From positions 1,257-43,335 of the forward strand of contig MHSF01000023.1 of NCBI GenBank assembly GCA_001822695.1: a stretch of DNA of 42,079 nt, given 5' to 3'. The notes beneath the pieces were generated by a model. That model made no database searches. It was not told the origin of the DNA and saw only the letters and a list, made by a program, of their open reading frames with translations. The position numbers were made by a program, and so were the translations under genes. How positions within the stretch are numbered: the first letter of the stretch is position 1; each line of letters begins with the position of its first letter. Positions 41,689 to 42,079 of the stretch are shown here, piece by piece. The stretch comes from Candidatus Taylorbacteria bacterium RIFCSPLOWO2_02_FULL_44_35 (lineage in GTDB: Bacteria; Patescibacteriota; Minisyncoccia; Phycocordibacterales; DSPV01).

Positions 41689-42079
41689 TCAATTTGTCAT
41701 TGTCGCCTCGCCCAAAAGTGCCGCCGGTGTGTAATGATTAGCCGCATCCCAAAGCATCCAAGAATTAAAACCTGCATCATAGGTCGCTTGGATTTGCTTC
41801 CTCACCATCTCGGCCGTATAAACCGCGCCTAAATTAAAATCTTGCAACCATGGCCGGATTTTTTGCGGGGTAGAAGAAGAACGCTCATAAGCCGCGTTTA
41901 GTGAATAACGAACCACTTCATAAGGATGCGCCGCCGGATTGCCAAGCCCGATAAAAGTCGGCGGATAATGCGACGGATAAACCATCGGGGCAATATAATC
42001 AAAATACGGCAAAGCCACTTCCAAAACCTGGCCAATGTTTAAGTCATCAGTATTGGTCGTCGTCATACCAAATAAATCA
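41689..42079 (-). CDS. putative glycoside hydrolase-like protein (DUF4015-like), N-terminus outside window
   Basis: Frame is open to the window edge. MVYPSHYPP...IRPWLQDFNLG...GFNSWMLWDAANHY. Confidence 0.5.
   Translation of the reverse strand, partial: DLFGMTTTNTDDLNIGQVLEVALPYFDYIAPMVYPSHYPPTFIGLGNPAAHPYEVVRYSLNAAYERSSSTPQKIRPWLQDFNLGAVYTAEMVRKQIQATYDAGFNSWMLWDAANHYTPAALLGEATMTN

Overview
A 42 kb, low-GC bacterial chromosome segment with compact and often fused genes. This fits a Patescibacteria/CPR-type genome, but that is inference only. No rRNA, tRNA, CRISPR array, transposase or integrase was recognised.

**Layout**
- 1-15.4 kb: surface-glycan cluster. It holds pseI, a PseH-like GNAT, a Nudix-GNAT fusion, a flippase, several GT2/GT4/GT9 glycosyltransferases, two methyltransferases and a B12-radical SAM enzyme.
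- 15.5-17.2 kb: argS.
- 17.2-22.35 kb: a tandem two-cassette diversity-generating retroelement (DGR), described below.
- 22.6-28.4 kb: a dTMP/folate gene set (tmk, glyA, thyA, folA, a P-loop kinase, dCMP deaminase) plus a PaaX-like regulator.
- 28.5-29.4 kb: a third, frameshifted paralogue of the DGR targets with an adenine-depleted C-terminal stretch.
- Beyond 29.4 kb: scpA, two GH130-like genes, murJ, a TPR membrane protein, gyrA and a partial glycoside-hydrolase-like gene.

**The DGR (main finding)**
- One intact reverse transcriptase and one frameshifted, truncated RT stub.
- Two diverged Avd-like genes, both inverted relative to the RT.
- Two unrelated template/variable repeat pairs whose mismatches fall almost entirely at template adenines.
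- One variable repeat currently carries an adenine-derived premature stop (AAG to TAG).
- Each template repeat appears to be its own small transcription unit, ending in a hairpin embedded in the avd 3' end.
- The target genes share a conserved promoter and structured 5' leaders.

**Other oddities**
- Tandem heptanucleotide repeats inside glycosyltransferase genes and argS.
- A 36-nt perfect palindrome inside argS.
- A 133-nt intergenic inverted repeat.
- A three-copy ATACAC...GTGTAT palindromic element.
- A hairpin-dense non-coding stretch downstream of tmk.
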